DNA from: Bacteroidota bacterium | GTDB lineage: Bacteria; Bacteroidota; Ignavibacteria; Kapaibacteriales; UBA2268 | Assembly: GCA_004322215.1 (NCBI GenBank) | Contig: SCSM01000011.1 | Location: forward strand, 450,697-514,696 | Length of the DNA stretch: 64,000 nucleotides | Reading direction: 5' to 3' | In this document: positions 8,705 to 18,416 of the stretch, in pieces | Layout: each line of letters opens with the position of its first letter | Numbering within the stretch: the first letter of the stretch is position 1 | The notes under the pieces: generated by a model | Databases searched by the model: none | What the model was told of the DNA's origin: nothing | What the model saw: only the letters and a program-made list of their open reading frames with translations | Position numbers and translations under genes: made by a program

Positions 8705-11677
8705 ATGGCAGGTGGTAAAGGAATAAAATTATTCAGAATTGCAACTGAGATAAATATCGGTAAAGATGCGATTGTAGAATTTCTGCAATCAAAGGGCTTT
8801 TCTATTGAAAATAAACCCACTGCCACTTTGTCCGAGGAAATGATTGAAATTGTTCATGACAAATTCAAAAAAGAAATTCTTGTTGCCGAAAAGCAAAGAG
8901 AAAAAATAGAGAAGCATAAACAGATTCGTAAATCTTCAGTTGAATCAGTTTCAAAACCTGTCGAATCTGCAAAAACAAAGGAAGCTCAAAAACCAAGTGC
9001 TAAAGAAAAAGAACCTGAAATTCCAACAAAGCAAATTGAGGTGAAAACCGAGCCGGAAATAACAAAGTCGAAGCTGGAGAAAGATAAGACCCAGGTTACC
9101 GAAAAAATAGGTATTCCTGAAACAAAAAAACTTCATATCATTGATAAAATTGACCTCGATGCAATAAGCTCAAAAGATAAGAAAAAACCATCTAAGAAGA
9201 AGCCGTCAAAAGAAGATTTCAAAGAAAAACCAATAAAAGAAGAAAAAGTTGAAGGAAAACCGGAAGAAAAAGTCAAGAAACCTGTTGTTAAAGAAAAAAT
9301 AGTTGAGATTCCATCCGATAAGAAAAAACTTGAAGATATTAAAGAAGAAAAAGTAGAAATCGTTCCTGTCGAACCTGTTAAAGAGGTTCAGGAAGTTCTC
9401 GATTTTAAGAAAGAGAAAATACCTGGAGAAGCACAGCCGGAAGGTGAGAAACCAAGAGGAAAAAAGAAAAGAAGGAAGAAAAGAATAGCCCAGGTTCAAA
9501 TTGAGCCGGGAGTTGCTCCCAAACTTCGTGGCTTAACTATTGTCGGAAAAATTGAACTTAATAAAGAACAACTCGAAGAAATTAAAGGAAGAAAAGAAAA
9601 AAGAGGAAAAAGGTTTGAGGATGAAGAGGAAGAAATTGAACTTTTAGGAAAAGGAAAATTCCTCAAATCGAAAAAGAAGATAAAAAGCCGCCTGAAAGAC
9701 AGGGTTGTTGAAAAAGTAAGGACGGTCGATAAGAAAAAGAAAAGAAAAATTTCTGTAAGAGATTTAATCTCTGATGACGATATTGATAAAGCGATAAAGC
9801 AGACACTTGCCGGAATGGAGGAATCATCGTCGGTCAGTCAGCGATCCAAGATGAGGTCAAAGAGAAGAGCTGTAAGGGAAGCCGAAGAATTAAGACGCAG
9901 TGAAGAGAAAGAACTCGAAGCAAGAAAAATCCAGTTGAGTGAATTCGTTACGACAAATGACCTTGCAAATCTGATGGGTGCCAATCCAAGCGAAATTATT
10001 ATGAAGTGCATGGAATTAGGTCTGATGGTTAGTATAAATCAGCGGCTCGATAAAGATACTATTACAATAATTGCCGATGATTATGATTACACTGTCGAAT
10101 TTCTCGATGAAAAAGCCATGCAAATAATGCAGGATTTCGATGAGGAAGATAAGCCGGAGGATTTATCTCCGCGTTCACCTATCGTTACCGTAATGGGACA
10201 TGTTGACCATGGTAAAACTTCATTACTCGACTTCATAAGGAGTACCAATGTCGTTGCCGGGGAAGCAGGTGGTATCACACAACACATTGGTGCTTACCGT
10301 GTAGCTATGCATGACGGTAAATATATTACATTTCTCGATACACCCGGACATGAAGCATTTACTGCAATGAGAGCAAGGGGTGCACAGGTTACCGATATTG
10401 TTGTCCTGGTAATTGCTGCTGACGATAGCGTCATGCCTCAGACTGTAGAAGCGATAAGCCATGCTCAAGCGGCTAATGTTAAGATTATAGTTGCAATTAA
10501 CAAAATTGATAAGCCGGATTCTAATCCTGAAAGAATAAAACAACAGCTTACCGATTATAATATATTAGTAGAAGAATGGGGTGGAAATCACCAAAGTGTT
10601 GAAATTTCTGCAAAAACCGGAAAAAATGTCGAGCTTTTATTGGAAAAGATTTTACTGGAAGCCGAACTTCTCGAGTTAAAATCAAATTATGACAGGAAAG
10701 CCCGTTGTGCAGTTATTGAAGCAAATATGGACAGAGGATTCGGTACAGTAGCTACCGTAGTTGTACAAAAAGGCAGGTTAAGAATCGGCGATGCATTTGT
10801 TGCAGGAGTTAGTTCAGGAAGAGTCAGGGCAATGTTCGATGAACGAAGCCGGAAAGTTGATGAAGCCGGTCCTTCGATGCCTGTGAGAGTAATAGGATTT
10901 GACGGAGTTCCGGAAGCCGGTGATATATTAGCTGTTGTTGATACCGATATTGAAGCAAGAGCAATTGCAAATGACAGGCATCAATTAAAGAGAGAACAAT
11001 CACTAAGACAGGTACACCACATTACACTCGATGAAATTTCAAATGAAATAAAATTAGGCGGTATCAAAGATTTACATTTGATTATTAAGGGCGATGTCGG
11101 TGGTTCTGTCGAAGCGCTTAGCGATTCTTTACAAAGATTATCGCATGAGGAAGTAAGAATCAGCATATTACACAAAGGAGTCGGTTCTATTACAGAATCG
11201 GATGTAATGCTCGCAGTTGCATCGAATGCAGTAATAATAGGATTCCAGGTCTCTCCTACCGCTAAAGCAAGAAAATTAGCTGAAAAAGAAGGAATAGACA
11301 TCAGATTATACAGCATTATTTACGATGCTATTGACGAAGTAAAATTGGCACTCGAAGGTATGCTTAATCCCGAATTAAGAGAGGAAATAAGTGCTACAGT
11401 CGAAATTAGAAAAGTTTTCAAAATCAGCAAGCTTGGACAAATTGCTGGATGTTATGTTCAGGAAGGAAAAATCAGCCGTAACGACAGGGTTCGTCTTTTG
11501 AGAGATGGATTACCAGTCTATAATGGAACTATTCATTCTTTGAAAAGAAATAAAGATGATGTTAAGGAAGTTGAATCCGGATATGAATGCGGAATTATTT
11601 TGGATGGATTCCAGGACTTTGAAGAAGGCGATTCAATACAAGCATACAAACTTTTGGAAATAAAAAGAACACTTTAA
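8705..11677 (+). CDS. infB: Translation initiation factor IF-2
   Basis: 990 aa with a K/E-rich N-terminal region, the G-domain motifs [17 protein letters not shown] and NKID, and C-terminal beta-barrels. Confidence 0.95.
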   Translation: MAGGKGIKLFRIATEINIGKDAIVEFLQSKGFSIENKPTATLSEEMIEIVHDKFKKEILVAEKQREKIEKHKQIRKSSVESVSKPVESAKTKEAQKPSAKEKEPEIPTKQIEVKTEPEITKSKLEKDKTQVTEKIGIPETKKLHIIDKIDLDAISSKDKKKPSKKKPSKEDFKEKPIKEEKVEGKPEEKVKKPVVKEKIVEIPSDKKKLEDIKEEKVEIVPVEPVKEVQEVLDFKKEKIPGEAQPEGEKPRGKKKRRKKRIAQVQIEPGVAPKLRGLTIVGKIELNKEQLEEIKGRKEKRGKRFEDEEEEIELLGKGKFLKSKKKIKSRLKDRVVEKVRTVDKKKKRKISVRDLISDDDIDKAIKQTLAGMEESSSVSQRSKMRSKRRAVREAEELRRSEEKELEARKIQLSEFVTTNDLANLMGANPSEIIMKCMELGLMVSINQRLDKDTITIIADDYDYTVEFLDEKAMQIMQDFDEEDKPEDLSPRSPIVTVMGHVDHGKTSLLDFIRSTNVVAGEAGGITQHIGAYRVAMHDGKYITFLDTPGHEAFTAMRARGAQVTDIVVLVIAADDSVMPQTVEAISHAQAANVKIIVAINKIDKPDSNPERIKQQLTDYNILVEEWGGNHQSVEISAKTGKNVELLLEKILLEAELLELKSNYDRKARCAVIEANMDRGFGTVATVVVQKGRLRIGDAFVAGVSSGRVRAMFDERSRKVDEAGPSMPVRVIGFDGVPEAGDILAVVDTDIEARAIANDRHQLKREQSLRQVHHITLDEISNEIKLGGIKDLHLIIKGDVGGSVEALSDSLQRLSHEEVRISILHKGVGSITESDVMLAVASNAVIIGFQVSPTAKARKLAEKEGIDIRLYSIIYDAIDEVKLALEGMLNPELREEISATVEIRKVFKISKLGQIAGCYVQEGKISRNDRVRLLRDGLPVYNGTIHSLKRNKDDVKEVESGYECGIILDGFQDFEEGDSIQAYKLLEIKRTL

Positions 11678-11728
11678 TAGATTATAATTTTTTTTGTTGA
11701 AATATTGTAGAAAAGTGAATAAATTAAT

Positions 11729-12130
11729 ATGTCTGTCAGAGCAGAAAAAGTAGGAAGTGTAATTAAAAGAGCAATTGCAGAACCAGTAGCAAGACTTGCT
11801 GCTGAACATTCAGCGGGATTCGTTTCCGTCACTTCGGTAAAATTAACATCGGATTTACAAATCGCCAAGGTCTATCTGAATGTTTTTGGCGGGAAATTGA
11901 CACCGGCACAATTTCTTCCTATTATTGACGATAAAAGAGGAATGTTGAGAAAACTTATTGGTTCCAAAGTTCGGCTTAGATTCACTCCTGAACTCAGGTT
12001 TTATATCGATGATACTTACGAACAAATGCAGCATATCCAGACATTACTCGATTCGGTTCATCAGGATTCAAAAGAAACAAAAGTTAATCTGGATGATTAT
12101 AAAATCGAACTTAAAGATTATAATATTTAA
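11729..12130 (+). CDS. rbfA: Ribosome-binding factor A
   Basis: 133 aa in the conserved position after infB, with the RbfA-like motif ..VTSVKLTSDLQIAKVYLNVFG.. Confidence 0.85.
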   Translation: MSVRAEKVGSVIKRAIAEPVARLAAEHSAGFVSVTSVKLTSDLQIAKVYLNVFGGKLTPAQFLPIIDDKRGMLRKLIGSKVRLRFTPELRFYIDDTYEQMQHIQTLLDSVHQDSKETKVNLDDYKIELKDYNI

Positions 12131-12203
12131 ATATTTTAATTTTTTCCGTTACAATTAAAGCCGATACTTTGATTACCGGTATATTATTATTTATCTGATT
12201 ATT

Positions 12204-12974
12204 ATGTATTTTCTTACCCGTAATTCAATTGAAAAATGTTCCGAGTGGCTGTCTGAAGCTGTTACTTCAGGAGCTGCAGTACTAATTGATAAGGATAAAA
12301 ACTGGACTTCATTCGATGTTATTGCCAAGCTTAGGCGATTAACCGGTATCAGGAAAATCGGACATACCGGCACACTTGACCCACTTGCTACAGGATTATT
12401 GATTGTTTGTGCAGGTAAGGCAACTAAAGAAATAGATAAATTCAAATATGACTTCAAAACCTATCAGGCAACAATTAAAATCGGTGTAACAACAAAATCT
12501 TACGATGGAGAAACCGAAGAAATAATTTTGGGAAGTGATAATTGGGAATCGGTAAATAGTTCACCGGGAGGAACATTCACCAAAATTGAAGATTTATCTG
12601 ATGAAATAATAACAAAAATAATTTTATCTTTTAAAGGATTCTCAGCTCAGGAACCCCCTCTTTATTCGGCAAAGAAAATAAAAGGTGTTCCTGCTTATAA
12701 ATTAGCAAGAAAAGATAAACAAATAAAACTGGAACCAAAACAAATAGAAATCAGTGAAATTCAAATAAAAAGTATTGAAATTCCGTTTATATCCTTCAAA
12801 ATTGTATGTTCTGCTGGAACATATATCAGAGCATTGGCAAGAGATATCGGGATAAAATTAGGTTGCGGTGCCTATTTATATGAATTAAGAAGAACAGCAA
12901 TTGGGAATTATCAGCTTGAAGATGCTCTTACAATTGATGAGTTAAAATATAAATTTGAGGATTTAAGGAAATAA
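12204..12974 (+). CDS. truB: tRNA pseudouridine(55) synthase TruB
   Basis: It carries the catalytic motif ..GHTGTLDPLATGLL.. and sits in the conserved position. Confidence 0.9.
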   Translation: MYFLTRNSIEKCSEWLSEAVTSGAAVLIDKDKNWTSFDVIAKLRRLTGIRKIGHTGTLDPLATGLLIVCAGKATKEIDKFKYDFKTYQATIKIGVTTKSYDGETEEIILGSDNWESVNSSPGGTFTKIEDLSDEIITKIILSFKGFSAQEPPLYSAKKIKGVPAYKLARKDKQIKLEPKQIEISEIQIKSIEIPFISFKIVCSAGTYIRALARDIGIKLGCGAYLYELRRTAIGNYQLEDALTIDELKYKFEDLRK

Positions 12975-12977
12975 TTA

Positions 12978-13919
12978 ATGATAAAAGTTTACAGGAATTT
13001 CAATGAATTGGATTTTGATAAGGGTACTGTATTAACGGTCGGCACCTTCGATGGTGTACATAAAGGGCACCAGGTAATACTTAAGAAGTTGCTGGAAATC
13101 GGTAAAGCTGAATCATTAATACCGGTAGTACTTACTATTGACCCGCATCCGCAAATTGTTCTGAAAAAAGAAGGTAAAAACCCTGTAATGCTTTTAACAA
13201 CTATTGAAGAAAGAATTTTATTATTTGAAAAATTCGGTATAGAAAACCTATTTATAATTCCTTTTACCTATGAATTTTCTCAGACTCCGCCTGATGCTTT
13301 CATAAAAGAATATCTTGTTGATAAATTTTTAATGAAAAAAATTCTAATCGGATATGACCACATGTTTGGCAGAAACAGGGAAGGAAATAAGGATTTATTA
13401 AATCAGTTAAGTTCCACCCTGAATTTTGGTGTTGATAAAATTGATGCTTTAATCGAAAATGATACTACTGTTTCAAGCACAAAAATCAGGACTGCACTGA
13501 TTAATAAAGAATTAGAATCTGCAAACAAAATGCTGGGTTATGATTACATAATAAACGGAATAGTTGATAAAGGAGAAGGCAGAGGCAGAACTCTCGGATT
13601 TCCAACTGCAAATGTCAGGATTGACAATATAAACAAACAATTCCCTGGTGTCGGGGTTTATTTGGTTTCATCCGAAATAAACGGCAGAAAATATTACGGA
13701 ATGGCTAATCTCGGAACAAGGCCTACATTCTCAAACAACAACAGGATTTTTCTCGAAGTCTATTATTTCGACCTCGATTTAGATTTATATGATAAAAAAA
13801 TATCAGTATCTTTTTTGAAATTCATACGCGATGAAAAGAAGTTCACAACGGTTGGTGAATTGATAAATCAAATAAAAAATGATGAGTTATATTGTCGGGA
13901 TTTGATAAAAAGATTTTAA
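12978..13919 (+). CDS. ribF: Bifunctional riboflavin kinase / FMN adenylyltransferase
   Basis: 313 aa with an N-terminal FAD-synthetase domain (..GTFDGVHKGHQ..) and a C-terminal riboflavin kinase domain (..GRTLGFPTAN..). Confidence 0.9.
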   Translation: MIKVYRNFNELDFDKGTVLTVGTFDGVHKGHQVILKKLLEIGKAESLIPVVLTIDPHPQIVLKKEGKNPVMLLTTIEERILLFEKFGIENLFIIPFTYEFSQTPPDAFIKEYLVDKFLMKKILIGYDHMFGRNREGNKDLLNQLSSTLNFGVDKIDALIENDTTVSSTKIRTALINKELESANKMLGYDYIINGIVDKGEGRGRTLGFPTANVRIDNINKQFPGVGVYLVSSEINGRKYYGMANLGTRPTFSNNNRIFLEVYYFDLDLDLYDKKISVSFLKFIRDEKKFTTVGELINQIKNDELYCRDLIKRF

Positions 13920-13971
13920 AATTAGAAGTATTTTTCGTAATTTTGAAGTCTTGAAAAATTGGAGTTAATAA

Positions 13972-14238
13972 ATGATAACAAAAGAACATAAGACAGAATT
14001 AATAAACAAGTTTGGTGTCAAAGTCGCAGATACAGGAAGGTCTGAAGTTCAGGTAGCTTTACTTACAGCCCGGATCAATGACTTAACTCATCATCTTGAC
14101 GGTCATAAAAAAGACAATTCAAGCCGCCGGGGTTTAATAAAGCTTGTTAGCAAAAGAAGAAAATTATTGGATTATTTAGCAAAAAAAGATATTAACAGGT
14201 ACAGGGACGTTCTGAAATCATTAGCTTTAAGAAAATAA
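13972..14238 (+). CDS. rpsO: 30S ribosomal protein S15
   Basis: 88 aa (..TGRSEVQVALLTARINDLTHHL...RRGLIKLVSKRRKLLDYL..). Confidence 0.95.
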   Translation: MITKEHKTELINKFGVKVADTGRSEVQVALLTARINDLTHHLDGHKKDNSSRRGLIKLVSKRRKLLDYLAKKDINRYRDVLKSLALRK

Positions 14239-14243
14239 AAGAA

Positions 14244-14264
14244 CAGGCGGATTAATTCCGCCTT
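14244..14264 (+). terminator. Hairpin in the rpsO-pnp intergenic region (AGGCGG-attaatt-CCGCCT). It is an rpsO terminator or pnp leader processing hairpin.
   Basis: A 6-7 bp GC stem lies directly after the rpsO stop. The T-run is weak. It is analogous to the regulated rpsO-pnp leader of other bacteria. Confidence 0.4.
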
Positions 14265-14348
14265 CTGAGTTCGTGAACCACCACCTGTTTAAATCTCATC
14301 GGATTTGCTTATCATTAGAATTTTAATTAATTATTTAGAAGTTATATT

Positions 14349-16592
14349 ATGTCAAAAGAAGTAGCAAGTATAGAATTTGCCGGAAAAACTTATTCTTTAG
14401 AAACCGGAAGAATGGCAAAGTTTGCCAATGGCTCTGTTATGGTTAGATGCGGCGACACTATGGTGTTAGTTACAGTTGTAGCCGAAAGTGAAGCCAATCC
14501 TGATATGGATTATATGCCTTTACAGGTCGAATACCGTGAAAAAGCCGCTGCCGCAGGTAAATTCCCCGGAGGTTTTCTTAAACGTGAAACAAGACCAAGC
14601 GACCATGAAGTAATATGTTCGAGGTTAATTGACCGTCCGATTAGGCCTATGTTCCCAAAAACCTGGAGATTCGAAACACAGGTAATAGCAAATGTTGTTT
14701 CTTTTGATACGGAGGTTGACTCAGATACATTGGGTGCGGTCGGAGCTTCTGCAGCTCTTATGATTTCAGATATTCCGTTTAACGGACCGGTTTCCGAAGT
14801 CAGAGTCGGCAGAGTTGACGGTGAATTCATTATCAATCCTTCATTTGCACAACTTGAACAATCGAATATTGACATGACTATTGCTGGGACAGATACATCA
14901 ATCGTAATGGTTGAAGGCGAATGTCATGAAATTTCAGAAGATGATTTTCTTAAATCACTTGAATTTGCGCATGAAAAAATAAGACAATTAAATGATTTAC
15001 AGAGACAACTTGCATCAAAATTGAATATTGTTAAAAGAGAATTTGTTGATAAAGAAATTCCCGATGAATTAACTCAATCAGTAAAAGATGTCGTAAAAGA
15101 AGAACTTATTAAATATGTTCATACAATAACAACCAAGAATGAAAGAAGTGAATGGAGAAAAAAACTCAAAGATTTAGCTATTGAAAAATTAACGGAAAAT
15201 TTTTCTGAAAAAGAAGAATATAAAGATGTTGATTTAAGTTTATATGCCGAAGAAATTCTTTCAAAACTTGAAAAACAGGAAATGAGAAAGATGATTCTCG
15301 ATGAAGGCAAGCGTCTTGACGGAAGAACAACAACTGACATTCGTCCAATCACATGCGAAATAGGTATTTTACCACGAGTTCATGGTTCATCGCTATTCAC
15401 AAGAGGAGAAACTCAGAGTCTCGGAATGGTTACACTCGGAACAAAAAAAGACGAGCAGATGATTGACGGTTTGCTTCCAACTTATACAAACAGGTTTATG
15501 CTTCATTACAATTTCCCGCCCTTCTGCACCGGAGAAACCGGCAGAATGGGAACTGGTAGAAGGGAAATAGGACACGGGCATTTAGCGGAAAGAGCATTGA
15601 AACTCATGCTCCCGGAACAAAACGAATTTCCTTATGCAATCAGAATTATTTCAGAAATTCTTGAATCGAATGGTTCATCTTCGATGGCAACAGTGTGTTC
15701 GGGCAGTCTTTCATTATTCGATGCAGGAGTACCGATGAAAAAAGCAGTAGCAGGAATTGCCATGGGTTTGATTAAGGAAGAAGATAAAGTTGCAATATTA
15801 AGCGATATTCTTGGCGATGAAGATTTCCTCGGTGATATGGATTTCAAAGTAACCGGAACAGCAGATGGAATTACTGCGTGTCAAATGGACATAAAAATAG
15901 AAGGTTTACCACTCGAAATAATGGCACGCGCACTTGAACAGGCAAAACAAGGACGTCTTCATATACTTTCAAAAATGAATGAATTGATTTCAGAGCCAAG
16001 ACCCGAATTATCACCTTATGCACCGAGATTTACTACAATTCAGATTCCAACTGAAACAATCGGCGCTGTTATTGGTACAGGTGGTGAGACAATAAGAAAT
16101 ATAGTCAAAGAAACAGGAGCGGAAATCAATATCGAAGATGACGGAACAGTAACTATTGCAGCCACTTCAGGTGAATCAAGCGACAGTGCAAGAAAAATGA
16201 TTGAAAGCATTATCAAAAAGCCAGAAGAAGGTGAAACTTATAATGGTACAGTAATGGAAATCCGTGAAGGCATGGGTGCATTTATTGAATTCATACCCAA
16301 AAAGCAGGGATTATTACATATATCACAAATCGCACACGAAAGAACGACAAACATTGCTGATGTCTTAAAAGTCGGTGAAAAAATCGAAGTAAAACTACTC
16401 GAAATCACACCCGATGGAAAATTCAGGTTAAGCCGCAAAGCATTACTTCCAAGGCCCGAAGGAATGCCAGAGGAAGAAGACGATTACAAACGTCGTGAGC
16501 CATCACATGGCAGACGGCCTGGTGGTAACCGTCGTGATGACCATCGTGGCGGCGACAGAGACGACCGCAGAGGACCCAGAAGAAGATACTGA
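14349..16592 (+). CDS. pnp: Polyribonucleotide nucleotidyltransferase (PNPase) with an Arg/Asp-rich C-terminal extension
   Basis: 747 aa with two RNase PH domains, a KH domain (..GAVIGTGGETIRNI..) and an S1 domain. A tail ..HGRRPGGNRRDDHRGGDRDDRRGPRRRY follows. Confidence 0.95.
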   Translation: MSKEVASIEFAGKTYSLETGRMAKFANGSVMVRCGDTMVLVTVVAESEANPDMDYMPLQVEYREKAAAAGKFPGGFLKRETRPSDHEVICSRLIDRPIRPMFPKTWRFETQVIANVVSFDTEVDSDTLGAVGASAALMISDIPFNGPVSEVRVGRVDGEFIINPSFAQLEQSNIDMTIAGTDTSIVMVEGECHEISEDDFLKSLEFAHEKIRQLNDLQRQLASKLNIVKREFVDKEIPDELTQSVKDVVKEELIKYVHTITTKNERSEWRKKLKDLAIEKLTENFSEKEEYKDVDLSLYAEEILSKLEKQEMRKMILDEGKRLDGRTTTDIRPITCEIGILPRVHGSSLFTRGETQSLGMVTLGTKKDEQMIDGLLPTYTNRFMLHYNFPPFCTGETGRMGTGRREIGHGHLAERALKLMLPEQNEFPYAIRIISEILESNGSSSMATVCSGSLSLFDAGVPMKKAVAGIAMGLIKEEDKVAILSDILGDEDFLGDMDFKVTGTADGITACQMDIKIEGLPLEIMARALEQAKQGRLHILSKMNELISEPRPELSPYAPRFTTIQIPTETIGAVIGTGGETIRNIVKETGAEINIEDDGTVTIAATSGESSDSARKMIESIIKKPEEGETYNGTVMEIREGMGAFIEFIPKKQGLLHISQIAHERTTNIADVLKVGEKIEVKLLEITPDGKFRLSRKALLPRPEGMPEEEDDYKRREPSHGRRPGGNRRDDHRGGDRDDRRGPRRRY

Positions 16593-16701
16593 CATTTTAT
16601 AAAAATCTAATCTTGAATCATATCATCAATGATATGACATCGAACTTTATTATTTTTGCAGATGAAATAAATCTTTAGATAATTATTTTAATAAAGGCAT
16701 A

Positions 16702-17580
16702 ATGTCTAATTATAAGATATATGAAGGGAATTGTTTGGATATTCTTTCCATTTTAAAGGAAAAGATTGACCTTACATTTCTTGACCCTCCATTCAATCAA
16801 AATAAAGAGTACAAATTCCATGATGATAATTTATCAGAAAATGATTACTGGATAATGATGAGTGAAGTTTGTAAGAAAGTTTTTACACTTACTTCAAAAG
16901 GTGGGGCAATATATTTTATGCAAAGAGAAAAAAACACTGAACAAGTTCTACACTGCCTGAGAGATACCGGCTGGACACTGCAAAATCTTATAATATGGAA
17001 AAAGAAAACTTCCGCTGTGCCTTCATTGAATAAATTCGGTAAACATTATCAAATAATTGCTTTCGCAACAAAAGGAGAGAAACCGAGATTATTTAATAAA
17101 CTTAGAATTTCACCCCCACTTCCACCTAATTATAAAAACGGATATGAAAATGGTATCTTTGTTACTGATGTTTGGGATGATATTCGTGAATTAACTTCAG
17201 GATATTTTGCCGGTGACGAAGCAATCAGGAATAATGATGGTGAACGTTATCACAAACAGCAATCACCAGTTTCATTATTATTGAGGATTATTTTATCATC
17301 ATCAAAAATTGGGGATACAATACTTGACCCGTTTGCAGGGACAGGTACTGCTTTATTAGTAGCAAATCAATTACAAAGGCAATCCATAGGAATAGAAATA
17401 GACCCTGAAAATGTTAAGTGTATTAAAACAAGAATCAGCAAGTTTAGAGAATCGGATAATATTAACAAGTATTATAAAGAATATATTAATACTGAAAATC
17501 TCAGTGAATTGTGGGATGTTGGAAAACAGGTAGATATTAGGAGTAATAAACAAAAAATAAAAACTTTGTTTGAAAATTAA
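16702..17580 (+). CDS. Site-specific DNA methyltransferase, beta-class amino-MTase (N6-adenine or N4-cytosine), the candidate M subunit of a type II R-M system
   Basis: 292 aa. Motif IV (LDPPFN, residues ~27-32) precedes motif I (LDPFAGTGT, residues ~209-217). This IV-to-I order defines the beta class. The codon usage is very AT-rich compared with the flanking pnp. Confidence 0.8.
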   Translation: MSNYKIYEGNCLDILSILKEKIDLTFLDPPFNQNKEYKFHDDNLSENDYWIMMSEVCKKVFTLTSKGGAIYFMQREKNTEQVLHCLRDTGWTLQNLIIWKKKTSAVPSLNKFGKHYQIIAFATKGEKPRLFNKLRISPPLPPNYKNGYENGIFVTDVWDDIRELTSGYFAGDEAIRNNDGERYHKQQSPVSLLLRIILSSSKIGDTILDPFAGTGTALLVANQLQRQSIGIEIDPENVKCIKTRISKFRESDNINKYYKEYINTENLSELWDVGKQVDIRSNKQKIKTLFEN

Positions 17581-17582
17581 TT

Positions 17583-18413
17583 ATGTATTCAATTTATCAT
17601 TTCTTCAAATCAATAGTAACAAATAAAGAACAATTTCTAAAAGTAAAAAAACTGGATGAATTTCAATATAATGAAACAATGCTTTCATGTAAAAGTATTG
17701 GAGTTTTCCCCGATATGGCTATTAAACTTAATAAAGATAAAAGTATTTTTTCAGGTGGTGAGCTTATAGAATTAAAAGATAGTGTTACTTATTCAGTATC
17801 TTCTTTCAATTCAACAATACCTTCTAAAACAAAACAAATTTCAAAAATAATATCAAGCACGAACAGTAGTATTTATAAACAAATGGAAAATGCAGGAAAT
17901 GAAGTATTCTCACTTCCTGAAAGAGAGGTATATTATCTTGTCAGAGGAAGAAAATCAGGGCAAACAAAAATTTGTCTTATAAGTGGTGCATTTTTCGAAA
18001 CAATTAATATTGAAAAATTAATAAATGAATCTTTCATGCAGGTACTGGATGAAAGTATTAAAAATTCAAATGCTATAATTACTCCTGAAGTTAAAACCTT
18101 TCTTCACAATCTTTTTTCTGAACAAGAAAATTTCAGCAAAGTAAGGAATGTCGAAAAAGCATCTGTGAAATTAAGATTCAGAATAATGACTGAAGTTAAA
18201 TCAGAAGGAAATATTTTGAACTCCAAAATGTATCCCGAAATAATTGATAACTCATTAAATTTAATAATTCAATGCGATTCAAATCAACAGGAAATAAATA
18301 TTTTGAAAAAATTTAATTTAGTATTCAATAAAAAAGAATTAAATCAATTTAAAATCTTTAAATTAAAGCATCATTTAAACGGATTCTTTCTTGTATTTCA
18401 ACTTCCTCTCTAA
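17583..18413 (+). CDS. Hypothetical protein, candidate type II restriction endonuclease with a PD-(D/E)xK-like motif
   Basis: 276 aa, starting 2 nt after the MTase stop. It contains ..VFPDMAIKLNKDKSIFSGGELIELKDS.. (PD ... E-L-K). The assignment is by motif and context only. Confidence 0.4.
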   Translation: MYSIYHFFKSIVTNKEQFLKVKKLDEFQYNETMLSCKSIGVFPDMAIKLNKDKSIFSGGELIELKDSVTYSVSSFNSTIPSKTKQISKIISSTNSSIYKQMENAGNEVFSLPEREVYYLVRGRKSGQTKICLISGAFFETINIEKLINESFMQVLDESIKNSNAIITPEVKTFLHNLFSEQENFSKVRNVEKASVKLRFRIMTEVKSEGNILNSKMYPEIIDNSLNLIIQCDSNQQEINILKKFNLVFNKKELNQFKIFKLKHHLNGFFLVFQLPL

Positions 18414-18416
18414 TCT

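Noticed and set aside
8951-9499. Minus-strand ORFs 8951-9136 and 9206-9499 with Phe-rich products (FFFF...)
   Set aside because: They are antisense to the Lys/Glu-rich (AAG/GAA-rich) N-terminal region of infB, a low-complexity artefact.
12204-12974. Possible mis-called truB start (a long N-terminal extension before the conserved core)
   Set aside because: No alternative in-frame ATG with a better context lies upstream of the conserved ..LIDKDKNWTSFDV.. region, so the ORF-track start is kept.
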